Assembly: GCA_040879385.1 (NCBI GenBank)
Contig: JBBDKM010000096.1
Location: 144,150-208,149, forward strand
DNA length: 64,000 nt
Origin: Thermoanaerobaculia bacterium
Lineage (GTDB): Bacteria; Acidobacteriota; Thermoanaerobaculia; UBA5066; Gp7-AA6
Direction of reading: 5' to 3'
The translations under genes were made by a program, and so were the position numbers. Below are positions 8,541 to 18,016 of the stretch, piece after piece; the first letter of the stretch is position 1, and each line of letters opens with the position of its first letter. Under the pieces are notes generated by a model that had not been told where the DNA came from, did not search any database, and saw only the letters and a list, made by a program, of their open reading frames with translations.

Positions 8541-9365
8541 ATGGGCGGAATGCACGGTCCCTCGATTCTGGTTCGGACGATGAGCATTCCACGTCTGATG
8601 CCGAGCGGAGCTCGGTGGCAGTACCACCCCCGCAGCGACCATCACTCGAAGGTGGCGTGTTGGGGGATTCTGTTCGATCTTCTGAGAGAGAGTCCGGTCC
8701 TGCGCGAGCACGTCTCAAGTGGGGCCGTGATTTTCGGTCTGAACCACAAAATGAGCGACTTCAAGCAGGATCGACCCAAGAGGCTGGACCTGGTCTTGGC
8801 AAGGCCTCGTGGGAGGTCGACGAAGGGTCTGACTTTCCGCCAGCTCGCGGACAAGTACGGAATCTTGCTGACGCCCGAGGGCAAGGAGATCCTCGCATCA
8901 CTTCCCGACGTCGGATACGCGCAAGTGGGCGCAGTTCAGCTCGCGATGGAAGCCAAGGCGTGCATGACCGAGCATGTCAAGGCGCTGCCTCGTCTCTACG
9001 ATGAACTGAACTCAAGTCACGAGACGATCCACGCCTCGGCTGACGAGGCAGTGGCCGTTGGCTTCGTGATGGTGAATCTGGCGGAGCGCTTTCGAAGTCC
9101 TGGTCAAAGAAAGGCCACGATGCATCGGCAGCCTGCCGTGACGAAGCGTGTCGTCGAAAAGGTTCGGCAGATGCCGCGGCGTACGAAACCGGGGGAACAC
9201 GGGTTCGATGCTCTGGCGATCGGCGTCGTCCGCTGTGAGAACGACGGCTCGCCTGTTCGTCTCGTGACGGAGTCGCCGGCGCCCCAGCCGGGTGACATTT
9301 ACGAGTACGAAATGATGATCCGGCGCGCGGCTCAGCTTTACGCTTCCCGCTTCCGTCAGCTCTGA
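8541..9365 (+). CDS. candidate type II restriction endonuclease (PD-(D/E)XK-like), uncharacterised family
   Basis: It converges on and overlaps by 10 nt the 3' end of vsr, which follows a C5-methyltransferase gene. A possible nuclease motif is RLDLVL ... VQLAMEAKACM (D ... E-x-K). Its GC is lower than the flanks. The start is uncertain (Met codons at 8541, 8550, 8580 and 8751). Confidence 0.45.
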   Translation: MGGMHGPSILVRTMSIPRLMPSGARWQYHPRSDHHSKVACWGILFDLLRESPVLREHVSSGAVIFGLNHKMSDFKQDRPKRLDLVLARPRGRSTKGLTFRQLADKYGILLTPEGKEILASLPDVGYAQVGAVQLAMEAKACMTEHVKALPRLYDELNSSHETIHASADEAVAVGFVMVNLAERFRSPGQRKATMHRQPAVTKRVVEKVRQMPRRTKPGEHGFDALAIGVVRCENDGSPVRLVTESPAPQPGDIYEYEMMIRRAAQLYASRFRQL

Positions 9366-9856
9366 ACTGGCGCCGGGCCGATCCGCCGCGCGAGTCGACG
9401 GCTCACGAAACCTTCGTCACTATCGACCTGGCATTCCCAAATGACTATGGTCGTGAACCCCAGTTTGCGCAAAGCGCCCTGCACGCGCGCGTCTCGCCGC
9501 TGGTTTTGAGCGAACTTTTCCTCCCAGAAGAGACGATTGCGCTTTGGGGTCGTGGTCCGCACGCATCCCTCATGACGATGCCAGAAGCATCCGTGAACGA
9601 AGACCGCCCAGAGACGTGAGCGGTTTGCGATGTCGGGAGAGCCCGGTAGGTCGCGATTCTTCGAGCGGTAGCGATGACCGAGCCGGCCCAGGATCTGACG
9701 GACAAGCTGCTCCGCGGACGTATCGCGCTGGCGCACGCCGGCCATCCGGAGCGACGTAGCCGGATCTAGAACGAGGTCGTCGCGCCTGGGAGCGCGCGGT
9801 GAGCCACGAGCTTTGGTTCTGGACGCTGAACGGCGGCGAGAGAACGAGGATTTCAC
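9356..9856 (-). CDS. vsr: very short patch repair endonuclease Vsr
   Basis: ATSLRMAGVRQRDTSAEQLVRQIL...FVHGCFWHRHEGC...VIWECQ parallels E. coli Vsr (TRSKNMRAI..., FTHGCFWHHH, IVWECA). The proposed GTG start at 9856 forms a GTGA overlap with the methyltransferase stop. The first ATG (9745) would cut off the conserved N-terminal block. Confidence 0.85.
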   Translation of the reverse strand: MKSSFSRRRSASRTKARGSPRAPRRDDLVLDPATSLRMAGVRQRDTSAEQLVRQILGRLGHRYRSKNRDLPGSPDIANRSRLWAVFVHGCFWHRHEGCVRTTTPKRNRLFWEEKFAQNQRRDARVQGALRKLGFTTIVIWECQVDSDEGFVSRRLARRIGPAPVQS

Positions 9857-11172
9857 ACGGCCGTTGCGAGTTCCTGACGCACCCTCTCGAGATGCCTCTC
9901 GACCTTCTGGAGGAATCCCGGAGGGAAATTGAGCGAGCTCACGGCCGTACGCGAGAGGAAACCGGCCGTGGCTCTTGCCGAGAGAGGTTTGCCAGGAAAC
10001 TCGAGGAAGTCGCACAGGGGAATGCGAGGCCGTCGCTCCGGCCACGCCGAGACGTCGGCGACGAAACGTCCCTTGCCCACGTTCCACGCTGCCCGAGGCC
10101 AGGGCTGTCCCTTTGGCAAGGGTCGATCGCCGGTGGGATCGTAGGACTCCGGAGTGGCGAGCCGGCGCCCGATCCAGGCCGCCACGTCCACGGTTATGGC
10201 GTTCCCGACCAGATGCCAGCGGTGCCCCCGGCGGGCTACCCTTTCGGCTGGCTCCGTCCAGTCCGCTGGAAATCCTTGCAGCCGCTCTGCGTCGCGCAGA
10301 TCGGGCTGAATGATTTCTCCTGAGGGAAGGAGAATCGCCGGAGCCGACGGGATGCCGATCGTCGAGCCCCCCTTGAGAGTGGGCACCGCGTCGACTGCCC
10401 ACCCGAGTCCTCGAATCCCCTCCGTCCAGTAGAAGCCAAATGCGACTTCAGCCCTGGGTTCATCTCTCTCGGGCTCTCCCGCTTCGTCCGATAGGAGAAC
10501 TCGCCTCGGATCCTCATCGAGCGCTGCGAGGAGGAAGACTCGCTCTCGGCGTTGAGGTAACCCGAAGGCTCGGGTGTCGACGACTCGGTACGCCCAGGAA
10601 TAGCCGAGGCCTTCGAGCGCGCTGACGATGACCTCGAGGGCACGACCGCGAGAGAGCTGCAGCATGAACGGGACGTTCTCGAGGAGTACCAGGGGAACGC
10701 GCCTCTTCTCGAGAAGCCGAAAGACCTCCCCGATGAGCCCGGAACGGCTTCCTTCGATCCCGGCAGTTCGGCCCGCCTGACTGAGGTCCTGGCAGGGAAA
10801 ACCAGCGGCGAGAAGGTCGGTGCCCGTAGGCAACGCCTTCATCGAGCGAACGTCTTCGGTGAGTGAAATCTCGGCAAACCGAGACTGGAGAACGGTGCGC
10901 GCCCCGTCGTCGATCTCGCAGAGGAGAAGTGTGTCATGGCCAGCGCGGCCGAGCCCCAGTTCCAGTCCGCCAATCCCCGCGAACAGTCCCGAAACCTTCA
11001 GGACTCGACGTCGAGTCCTTTCTCCACCTACCGTGGGGGGCTTCTTTTGGAAGAGCTTGAGCTGCTTCCTCTGGGTCGATCTCCGCACGGGCCCTCCGGG
11101 AAACTCGTCGACAACAAGGATATCTCGGGTGAGACGGTCAAACAGTGACCGACCCGCATGGAATGGTGGCAC
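9853..11172 (-). CDS. DNA (cytosine-5)-methyltransferase
   Basis: Motif I FAGIGG, motif IV GFPCQDLS, motif VI ENVPFM, motif VIII QRRERVF and motif X GNAITV. The target-recognition region contains FYWTEGIRGLGW...PTLKGGS. Confidence 0.93.
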   Translation of the reverse strand: MPPFHAGRSLFDRLTRDILVVDEFPGGPVRRSTQRKQLKLFQKKPPTVGGERTRRRVLKVSGLFAGIGGLELGLGRAGHDTLLLCEIDDGARTVLQSRFAEISLTEDVRSMKALPTGTDLLAAGFPCQDLSQAGRTAGIEGSRSGLIGEVFRLLEKRRVPLVLLENVPFMLQLSRGRALEVIVSALEGLGYSWAYRVVDTRAFGLPQRRERVFLLAALDEDPRRVLLSDEAGEPERDEPRAEVAFGFYWTEGIRGLGWAVDAVPTLKGGSTIGIPSAPAILLPSGEIIQPDLRDAERLQGFPADWTEPAERVARRGHRWHLVGNAITVDVAAWIGRRLATPESYDPTGDRPLPKGQPWPRAAWNVGKGRFVADVSAWPERRPRIPLCDFLEFPGKPLSARATAGFLSRTAVSSLNFPPGFLQKVERHLERVRQELATAV

Positions 11173-12947
11173 GCCTCCCGTCCCGAGGACCCGAACGTCG
11201 TCTACCCACTTTCCGGACCGCGTATTTCCGGCGCGCGCGACGGCCCCGGTCGGGGTACCTTGCGCATGTGACGGAGACGCGCACCAGGAATCGCGCCCGG
11301 CTCGTCACGCTTGCCGCAGTGGCGGCCGCCGCGGCGATCCTCGCGGCTCAGCTCCTCGTTCCGCCGATCGTGGGCCTTCCCAACAACGGCCAGTTCGAGA
11401 GGGTCCTGGGATACGCCGGGCTCAACTACCAGAGCGACGCCTCCGAGGACAAGTACTTCACGCACATCGTGCGCGAGTTTCGGATCGTGCCTATCTGGTT
11501 CCGCAGCGGGTACCTTTCCTCGGAGATCGCGCTCGCGCGCCTGGCACGCGACCTCGCCGCGCCGTTCGCGAAGGACGGGCTCTTCGACCTCCGCGTGCTC
11601 GGGGCCCTGCATGCCCTGCTTTTGCTGGCGGCGCTCGCGGCTCTGGTCTGGGCGTGCGGTGTTCTGACCCCGGTCGCCCAGCTCGTCGCCGCCGCCTCCC
11701 TCACGTTTTTCTTCACCGACGTCGGCTACGCGGCCGCCCTCAACTCCTTCTTCAGCCAGACCGCGGGATTCCTCTTCCTGATGCTCACCGTCGCGATCGC
11801 CGCTCTGGCGATCCGCCGCGGCCGGCTCGGCGGAATGCTCCTGCTCGCGTACTTTCTCTGCGCGATAGCCTTCGTCGGGTCGAAGCCCCAGGAGAGCATC
11901 CAGGGACCCCTCCTCGCGCTCTTCGCCCTGCGCCTGGCGGGCGCGCGGCGGCGGAGCTGGTGGCGGCAGCCGGTCGTGTGGCTGGCGTTTCTGCTCTGCC
12001 TCTTCTCGGTCTGGTACGACCGCCGCACGGACCCCGTGATCCGTAGGGCGGCCCTGTACCAGACGGTCTTTGCCGAGATGCTCCCCGGCTCTCCCGATCC
12101 GGCGCGCGACCTCGAGACGCTCGGGCTGGATCCGGATCTGGCGCGATACTCCGGAAAGAGCGCCCACGAGATGCGCGCCACGATCCACGGGCCCGCGTTC
12201 CAGAAGGAGTTCTTCGATCGCGTCGGGTTCGGCGACATCGTCGCTTTCTACGCCGTGAGGCCGGGGCGCCTGCTCGACCGGCTCTCGCGCGCGGCGCATC
12301 ACGGAGGCCTCCGGCTGCGCCCCCGCCTGCGCGGCAACTTCGAGAGGACGGCGCCCGGCTATCGGCCCTATCTCATGACCGAGAGGTTCGCCGCCTGGAG
12401 CGATCTGCGTTTTCGGCTGGCGCCGGTCGCCCCGGCCTGGCTGATTCTGCTCCTCGGGGGAAGCCTCGCGGTCTCCGCGGCCGGATGGCGCCGCTCTTCC
12501 GGGCGCGGCCGGCTCCTGCGCGAGGCCATGATGTGCCTCGTTTTCCTGGCGGTCGTGGAGTTCCTCGTCTGCGCCTTCGCCGACCGGCTCGCCGACGTCG
12601 CGCGACACCTCTTCGTTTTTCACGCGCTCTGCGACCTGATCCTGGCCGCAAACCTGACGTGGTGCGCGCAGACGGCGGCGGTGTTGCGCCGGCCCGTCTC
12701 GACAAGAACCCCGCCAAACCATCGCGAGGGAGCATCCATGAAGAGGATCGGGATTTGCGTGCTGGTGCTGTCCGTGGGACTCGTGGCGGGCTGCCAGAAG
12801 AGCGAGGCGGAGAAAACTCGGGAGGCGGCGGAGGAGGCGCGGGAGAAGGCCGAGCAAGCCGTCCGGGACGGGGCGGGCGACAAGGCCGCCGACGCGGCGA
12901 AGAAGGCGGCCGAAGACCTCCAGAAGGCCGTGACTCCGGGACACTGA
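11145..12947 (+). CDS. polytopic membrane protein, unknown function
   Basis: It has many hydrophobic helices (VTLAAVAAAAAILAAQLLV, LHALLLLAALAALVWACGV, FLFLMLTVAIAALAI and others). Its 5' end overlaps the divergent methyltransferase start, so the real start is probably later, for example the in-frame GTG at 11268. The reading frame runs without a stop into a lipoprotein-like segment (see next feature). Confidence 0.6.
   Translation: MTDPHGMVARLPSRGPERRLPTFRTAYFRRARRPRSGYLAHVTETRTRNRARLVTLAAVAAAAAILAAQLLVPPIVGLPNNGQFERVLGYAGLNYQSDASEDKYFTHIVREFRIVPIWFRSGYLSSEIALARLARDLAAPFAKDGLFDLRVLGALHALLLLAALAALVWACGVLTPVAQLVAAASLTFFFTDVGYAAALNSFFSQTAGFLFLMLTVAIAALAIRRGRLGGMLLLAYFLCAIAFVGSKPQESIQGPLLALFALRLAGARRRSWWRQPVVWLAFLLCLFSVWYDRRTDPVIRRAALYQTVFAEMLPGSPDPARDLETLGLDPDLARYSGKSAHEMRATIHGPAFQKEFFDRVGFGDIVAFYAVRPGRLLDRLSRAAHHGGLRLRPRLRGNFERTAPGYRPYLMTERFAAWSDLRFRLAPVAPAWLILLLGGSLAVSAAGWRRSSGRGRLLREAMMCLVFLAVVEFLVCAFADRLADVARHLFVFHALCDLILAANLTWCAQTAAVLRRPVSTRTPPNHREGASMKRIGICVLVLSVGLVAGCQKSEAEKTREAAEEAREKAEQAVRDGAGDKAADAAKKAAEDLQKAVTPGH
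12738..12947 (+). CDS. possible small lipoprotein with its own start, nested in-frame in the preceding ORF
   Basis: GAGGGAG lies 6 nt upstream of the ATG at 12738. MKRIGICVLVLSVGLVAGCQK gives a lipobox LVAGC, followed by a Lys/Glu/Ala-rich helical tail. Confidence 0.4.
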   Translation: MKRIGICVLVLSVGLVAGCQKSEAEKTREAAEEAREKAEQAVRDGAGDKAADAAKKAAEDLQKAVTPGH

Positions 12948-12992
12948 GCTTCGCGCGTCGGGCTCGCGGCCTCCCTGCTAGGCTAGCGGCCC

Positions 12993-14411
12993 ATGCCGCG
13001 CACCAAGATCGTCTGCACGATCGGGCCCGCCTCGCGCTCTCCGGAGACGCTGGCGCGGCTCGTCGATGCGGGCATGGACGTCGCGCGGCTGAACTTCTCG
13101 CACGGCAACCATGCCGAGCACGCGGCGGTGATCCAGGCGTTGCGGGCGATCGCGGGGCGCGCGGGGCGCCCGATCGCCATCCTGCAGGATCTCTCCGGGA
13201 TCAAGATCCGCATCGGCGCGATCGCGGACGGCACGGTCCGCCTGGAACCGGGCTCCGTGTTCACGCTGACGACCCGGGACGTGCCCGGCGACGCGAACGA
13301 AGTCTCCGTCGGCTTCCCCGACCTGCCCCGGTGCGTGAAGCCCGGCGACCGCCTGCTTCTCGCCGATGGCGACCTCGAGCTCCGCGCCGAGTCCGGCACG
13401 GCGCAGGACGTGCGCTGCCGCGTCATCACCGGCGGCCCGCTCTCCTCCCACAAGGGGATCAGCCTCCCCTCGGGGTCGATCCCCGCGCGTGGCCTCACCG
13501 CCAAAGACCGCGAGGACCTCGCCTTCGGCCTCGCGCAGGGCGTGGACTACGTCGCCCTCTCCTTCGTGCGGTCGGCCGACGACGTGCGCGAGGCTCGGGC
13601 GCTCGCCGCGGCGCAGGGGGCGTCGGTGCCCTTCATCGCGAAGATCGAGAAGCACGAGGCTCTCGCGCGGCTCGACGAGATCCTGGCGGAGTCCGACGGT
13701 CTGATGGTGGCGCGCGGGGACCTGGGCGTCGAGACGCCTCTCGAGCACGTCCCGCTGCTGCAGAAGATGATGATCGAGAAGGCCAATCGCGCCGGAAAGC
13801 CGGTGATCACCGCCACGCAGATGCTCCTCTCGATGGTGGAGAATCCGCGCCCCACCCGCGCCGAGGTCGCCGACGTCGCCAACGCGATCCTCGACGGGAC
13901 CGACGCCCTGATGCTCTCGGAGGAGACGGCCGCCGGCCGCTACCCCGTCGAGGCCGTCGCGACGATGCGGCGCATCGCCGAGGACACGGAGGCGGCGTTT
14001 CCCTTCGAGCGCTGGATGCGGCGCTTCGAGGACACGGCCCTGCAGAGCCTTCCCGAGGCCGTCGCGGGCGCGGCCTGCGAGCTGGCCGAGCACGTCGGCG
14101 CCGCCGTGATCGTGGCGTGGACGGAATCGGGCGCCACCGCGCGGCTGGTCGCCAGGCACCGTCCCCGCCGTCCGATTCTCGCGCTGTCGCCGCGCCCCGA
14201 GAGCGCCCGGCGGCTCGCCCTCGTCTGGGGCGTCATCCCGCTCGTCGCCGACGGCGGCACCCACACGGACGCGATGCTCGAGAAGGCGCCCGCCCTGGCG
14301 CTCCAGCACGGCCTGCTCCAACCCGGCCAGATCGCCGTGATCACCGCCGGGATCCCGATGGGGGTCTCCGGCAGTACCAACCTGATCAAGGCCGCGGTGG
14401 CCCGCCCGTGA
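12993..14411 (+). CDS. pyk: pyruvate kinase
   Basis: MPRTKIVCTIGPAS...ARLNFSHG...IAKIE...MVARGDLGVE...ATQML.SM: a canonical pyruvate kinase signature over 472 aa. Confidence 0.95.
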   Translation: MPRTKIVCTIGPASRSPETLARLVDAGMDVARLNFSHGNHAEHAAVIQALRAIAGRAGRPIAILQDLSGIKIRIGAIADGTVRLEPGSVFTLTTRDVPGDANEVSVGFPDLPRCVKPGDRLLLADGDLELRAESGTAQDVRCRVITGGPLSSHKGISLPSGSIPARGLTAKDREDLAFGLAQGVDYVALSFVRSADDVREARALAAAQGASVPFIAKIEKHEALARLDEILAESDGLMVARGDLGVETPLEHVPLLQKMMIEKANRAGKPVITATQMLLSMVENPRPTRAEVADVANAILDGTDALMLSEETAAGRYPVEAVATMRRIAEDTEAAFPFERWMRRFEDTALQSLPEAVAGAACELAEHVGAAVIVAWTESGATARLVARHRPRRPILALSPRPESARRLALVWGVIPLVADGGTHTDAMLEKAPALALQHGLLQPGQIAVITAGIPMGVSGSTNLIKAAVARP

Positions 14412-14734
14412 CCGCGAAGCATCCCCCGACGCCGATCCACAAGCGCCGGACGCGCAACATCGTCCTCGGCGTCGTCTTTCTGATTCTCGGGATCGTCGGC
14501 CTGATCGTGCCGGTCATGCCGCAGTTCATCTTCTTCTTCCTGAGCGCCCTGTTCTTCTCGCTGGTCTCTCCCCAGCTGCGCCGCGCGATGCGCCGGTTCC
14601 GGCAGCGCCACCCGTCGCTCGATTCGGCGTACAAGAAGTGGCGCGAGAAAGCCCGGCGGAAGCGGCAGAATCGGATCCGGCGCAAACAGCGGCACAAGGA
14701 GGAGCCGCCGCGCTCGCGGTTCTCCCATCGCTGA
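14408..14734 (+). CDS. small inner-membrane protein, YbaN/DUF454-like
   Basis: A GTG start forms a GTGA overlap with the pyk stop. VLGVVFLILGIVGLIVPVMPQFIFFFLSALFFSLVSPQLRR resembles the YbaN-family LP.LPTTPF...SSPR pattern, followed by a basic C-terminal tail. Confidence 0.55.
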   Translation: MTAKHPPTPIHKRRTRNIVLGVVFLILGIVGLIVPVMPQFIFFFLSALFFSLVSPQLRRAMRRFRQRHPSLDSAYKKWREKARRKRQNRIRRKQRHKEEPPRSRFSHR

Positions 14735-14758
14735 GAGTGCCCGCGGTGTCGTCCGGAA

Positions 14759-15925
14759 TCAGTCCATCTGCCGCCGCAGCACCGTCGGGATGTCGAAGTC
14801 GTCCCGCGCCGAGGCGTTGGGCCCGAAGCCGCCCGAGTCGTCGCCGCGCAGGAAGGGCGGGCGCAGGGCCTTGCTGCCGACGGTCACCGGCTTGGGCTCC
14901 TCCTGAGCGTCGATCTCGGCCAGGTCCCGCTCGAGGCGATCGAAGCCCGTCGCGATCACCGTGACCTTGACGGTGCCCGCCATCTTCTCGTCGTGCACGC
15001 AGCCGAAGAGGATCTCGGCCTCGGGATCGGCGGCCTGCTGGATGATCTGCGCGGCCTCGGTGACCTCGAAGAGGGTCAGATCGGCGCCGCCCGTGATGTT
15101 GATCAGGACGCCCCGCGCGCCCTCGATCGAGGCGTCCTCGAGGAGGGGCGACGAAATCGCCGCCTGGGCCGCGTGGATCGCGCGGTTCTCGCCTTCGGCC
15201 GTCGCCGTGCCCATCAGGGCGCGTCCCATGTCGGACATGATCTTGCGGACGTCGGCGAAGTCGAGGTTGATCTCGCCCGGGCAGTTAATGAGGTCCGAGA
15301 TGCCCTGGATCGCCTGCCGGAGGACGTCGTCGGCGATCTCGAAGGACTCCTGGAGGGGGGTGTTGCGCTCGACGAAGGCGAGCAGGCGCTGGTTGGGGAT
15401 GGTGATCAGCGTGTCCACGTGGTCGCGCAGCTCGCGCGAGGCCCTCTCGGCCTGACGCATCCGCTTCTTTCCCTCGAATTCGAAGGGCTTCGTCACGACC
15501 GCGACGGCCAGGGCTCCCGCCTCGGCCGCGAGCTTGGCGATGATGGGGCCCGCGCCCGAGCCGGTCCCGCCCCCCAGGCCCATGGCCAGGAACACCATGT
15601 CGGCGCCCGAGACCGCGTGCGCGAGCTTCTCCTGATCCTCGAGCGCGGCGTTTCGCCCGACGTCGGGATCGGCGCCCGCGCCCAGTCCCTTGGTCAGCCG
15701 CCCGCCGATCTGCAGCTTGTTCGGCGCCGCGCACTTGCGCAGGGCCTGGAGGTCCGTGTTGCACGCGAAGTACTCGACGCCCTTCACGCCGGCCGAGATC
15801 ATCCGGTTGACGGCGTTGGATCCTCCGCCGCCCACCCCGATCACGCGGATCGTGGCCGGAGACGCGTCGCCCCCATCCAGCTCGATCGAGAGCTTGTGGC
15901 TGTCGTCATCCAGGAACTCGATCAT
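14759..15925 (-). CDS. ftsZ: cell division protein FtsZ
   Basis: Starts MIEFLDD (ATG at 15925) inside ORF 14759..17161. It carries [13 protein letters not shown], the tubulin signature [10 protein letters not shown] and the C-terminal peptide [12 protein letters not shown]. Confidence 0.96.
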   Translation of the reverse strand: MIEFLDDDSHKLSIELDGGDASPATIRVIGVGGGGSNAVNRMISAGVKGVEYFACNTDLQALRKCAAPNKLQIGGRLTKGLGAGADPDVGRNAALEDQEKLAHAVSGADMVFLAMGLGGGTGSGAGPIIAKLAAEAGALAVAVVTKPFEFEGKKRMRQAERASRELRDHVDTLITIPNQRLLAFVERNTPLQESFEIADDVLRQAIQGISDLINCPGEINLDFADVRKIMSDMGRALMGTATAEGENRAIHAAQAAISSPLLEDASIEGARGVLINITGGADLTLFEVTEAAQIIQQAADPEAEILFGCVHDEKMAGTVKVTVIATGFDRLERDLAEIDAQEEPKPVTVGSKALRPPFLRGDDSGGFGPNASARDDFDIPTVLRRQMD

Positions 15926-15966
15926 GGGACCTTCCCTCCCTCGCCGTCCGCGTTTTTTCGAAACCA

Positions 15967-17190
15967 TCAAAAGAAATCCCGGATGAAGCGCGATACGGAG
16001 TTGGCCGCCTGAAAGAACGCCTTGGAGCGGCGCCGCGCCGGCTTGTAGCGGTGACCGTACAACAGAAGGCCGGTGGCCGTGGCCCATTCGGGGCGCGAGA
16101 CCACGTCGACGAGGCCCCCGACGCCCGCCGGGATCCCGCGGCGCACGGGCCCGTCGAAGATGCTCTCGGCGATCTCGATCATGCCCTCGAGCTCCGAGCC
16201 GCCGCCGGTCAGCACGACGCCCGAGCGGACTTCCTTGTCGAGGCCCAGACGCTTGATGTCCTCGTGAATCAGGCCGAGCAGCTCCTCGGCTCTGGGCTGG
16301 AGGATGTCGGACAGCGTGGTCCGCGGGCACAACTTCGGCGCCCGCCCACCCACCATCGGCACTTCCACCATCTCGTCCTCGGAGACCGCGTTGCGCAGAG
16401 CGCAGCCGTACTTCTTCTTTAGCCGCTCGGCGTCGGTGATCGGCGCCCGCAGGACGACGGCCAGGTCGTTGGTGAAGTGGTCGCCGCCGATCGGGATGAC
16501 CGCCGTGTGGATGATCGTCCCCCTCTGGTAGACGGCCACCTCGGTCGTGCCGCCGCCGATGTCGATCAGGCAGATTCCGAGCTCCTTCTCGTCGGGTGTG
16601 ACCACGGCCTCGGCGGCGGCGAACTGCTCGAGGACGAGCTGGACGACCTCGATGCCCGCCTTGTTCATGCAGGTCACGATGTTCTGGGTGACGGCGACCG
16701 GGGCCGTGACGACGTGGACGTCCACCTCGAGGCGGCTGCCGATCATACCCACCGGGTCGGCCACGCCGTCCTGCCCGTCGACCGCGAAATCCCGCGGAAG
16801 CACGTGGACGACCTCGTGGTCCTGGGGGATCTGCACGCCCCGGGCGGCGTCGATGACGCGGGCCACGTCCTCCCTGGCGATCTCCCGGTCCTTTCCGGAG
16901 ACCGCGACAACGCCCCGGCTGTTGAAGGAGCGCATGTGAGAGCCCGAGATGCCAACCCAGGCGCGGGAAATCTGGACCCCGGCCATGATCTCCGCCTCCT
17001 CGGCGGCACGCTTGATGGCCTCGATCGTGGCGTCCACGTTGATGATGTTGCCCTTGCGGGTGCCCCGGTTGGCGCACGCCCCCTTCCCGATCACGTCGAG
17101 GGCCCCGCCGGCGTTCTGTTCGCCGATGAGGACGCAGATCTTGGAGGTTCCGATGTCGCACGCGACGAGAAAGGACTCGGGCTTCGACAT
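15967..17190 (-). CDS. ftsA: cell division protein FtsA
   Basis: Starts [23 protein letters not shown] (ATG at 17190). Actin-like ATPase motifs include [11 protein letters not shown]. Positioned between ftsQ and ftsZ. Confidence 0.94.
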   Translation of the reverse strand: MSKPESFLVACDIGTSKICVLIGEQNAGGALDVIGKGACANRGTRKGNIINVDATIEAIKRAAEEAEIMAGVQISRAWVGISGSHMRSFNSRGVVAVSGKDREIAREDVARVIDAARGVQIPQDHEVVHVLPRDFAVDGQDGVADPVGMIGSRLEVDVHVVTAPVAVTQNIVTCMNKAGIEVVQLVLEQFAAAEAVVTPDEKELGICLIDIGGGTTEVAVYQRGTIIHTAVIPIGGDHFTNDLAVVLRAPITDAERLKKKYGCALRNAVSEDEMVEVPMVGGRAPKLCPRTTLSDILQPRAEELLGLIHEDIKRLGLDKEVRSGVVLTGGGSELEGMIEIAESIFDGPVRRGIPAGVGGLVDVVSRPEWATATGLLLYGHRYKPARRRSKAFFQAANSVSRFIRDFF

Positions 17191-17242
17191 CAGCGGATCC
17201 CGAGTCGGGTGTCGGGAGTGGGGAGTCGGAAGAAGGGGCGCA

Positions 17243-18016
17243 TCAGAGACGATTTCCTGCGCCGTAGGCGCCAACGAGAATCACACGATCGGCAAAACGG
17301 AGATCGATGGCCCGTGCCTCCCATCCGCGACTTTCAATGAATCCCCGCGCCGCGAGCAGCGCCCGAATCTTGTCCGGGGCGTCTGACCGAAGAACGCGAA
17401 CCGGCCTTCGAAAGATCGCGTCCATCATACCGAATCCACCGTCGGGGAGCGAGGCGATTTCCGAAAGCGCGGAGAAATACTCCGGCCTCGCGGCGCGCAG
17501 GTCCCCGAGCAGACCCACCGCTTCGGGAAGCGCGCGGCGCTCGCCGGTCAGGATCACGTACTCGGTCAAGTCGCGCCGCGGATCGTACGGCGCGATGAGA
17601 TTGCCGTCCGCTCCGACCCACCAGAACTTCTGGCCGTCCCGATAGAGGGCGAGGGCCTTTCGCTCCGTCACGTGCACCGCGAGGCCGTCCGGAAATCGCT
17701 TCGTGAGCGTGACGCGATCGACCCAGGCGCGCGAGGCGAGCCGGGTCGCCAGCGGCGCGAGGTCGAGGCCCACGACGTTCTTCCCTCTCCATTCCTCGAG
17801 CGCGTCGAGGATCTCCTCGGTGCGCGTGCGCACGTTTCCCGAAACCTCGAACCGCCGCAGGGAAAAGTGCGGGCCGGAGAGGAACCGGAAGAGGGCGAAC
17901 GCCAGAGCCAGCCCGAGGGCCGCGAGGACGGCCAGGCGCAGAGCGCCGGACCTCCTCCTCTTCTTCGCGACCCCGCCGCCCCGGCGCAGAAAGGGGGCGT
18001 CTCTATCCGCGGCCAT
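17243..18016 (-). CDS. ftsQ: cell division protein FtsQ
   Basis: Basic N-terminus, a single TM helix (LAVLAALGLALAFALF), then a POTRA-like block (FEVSGNVRTRTEEILDAL...VDRVTLTKRFPDGLAVHVTERKA). Positioned between murC and ftsA. Confidence 0.88.
   Translation of the reverse strand: MAADRDAPFLRRGGGVAKKRRRSGALRLAVLAALGLALAFALFRFLSGPHFSLRRFEVSGNVRTRTEEILDALEEWRGKNVVGLDLAPLATRLASRAWVDRVTLTKRFPDGLAVHVTERKALALYRDGQKFWWVGADGNLIAPYDPRRDLTEYVILTGERRALPEAVGLLGDLRAARPEYFSALSEIASLPDGGFGMMDAIFRRPVRVLRSDAPDKIRALLAARGFIESRGWEARAIDLRFADRVILVGAYGAGNRL

Noticed and set aside
12485-14734. 749-aa plus-strand ORF overlapping pyk
   Set aside because: It lies out of frame over pyruvate kinase. Only its last 108 codons (from the GTG at 14408) look like a real YbaN-like membrane protein.
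14759-17161. 800-aa ORF that would fuse FtsZ to a long N-terminal extension
   Set aside because: The first ~410 residues are Arg/Gly/Pro/His-rich and lie out of frame over ftsA. FtsZ has a clean start (MIEFLDD) at 15925, and ftsA is recognisable in its own frame.
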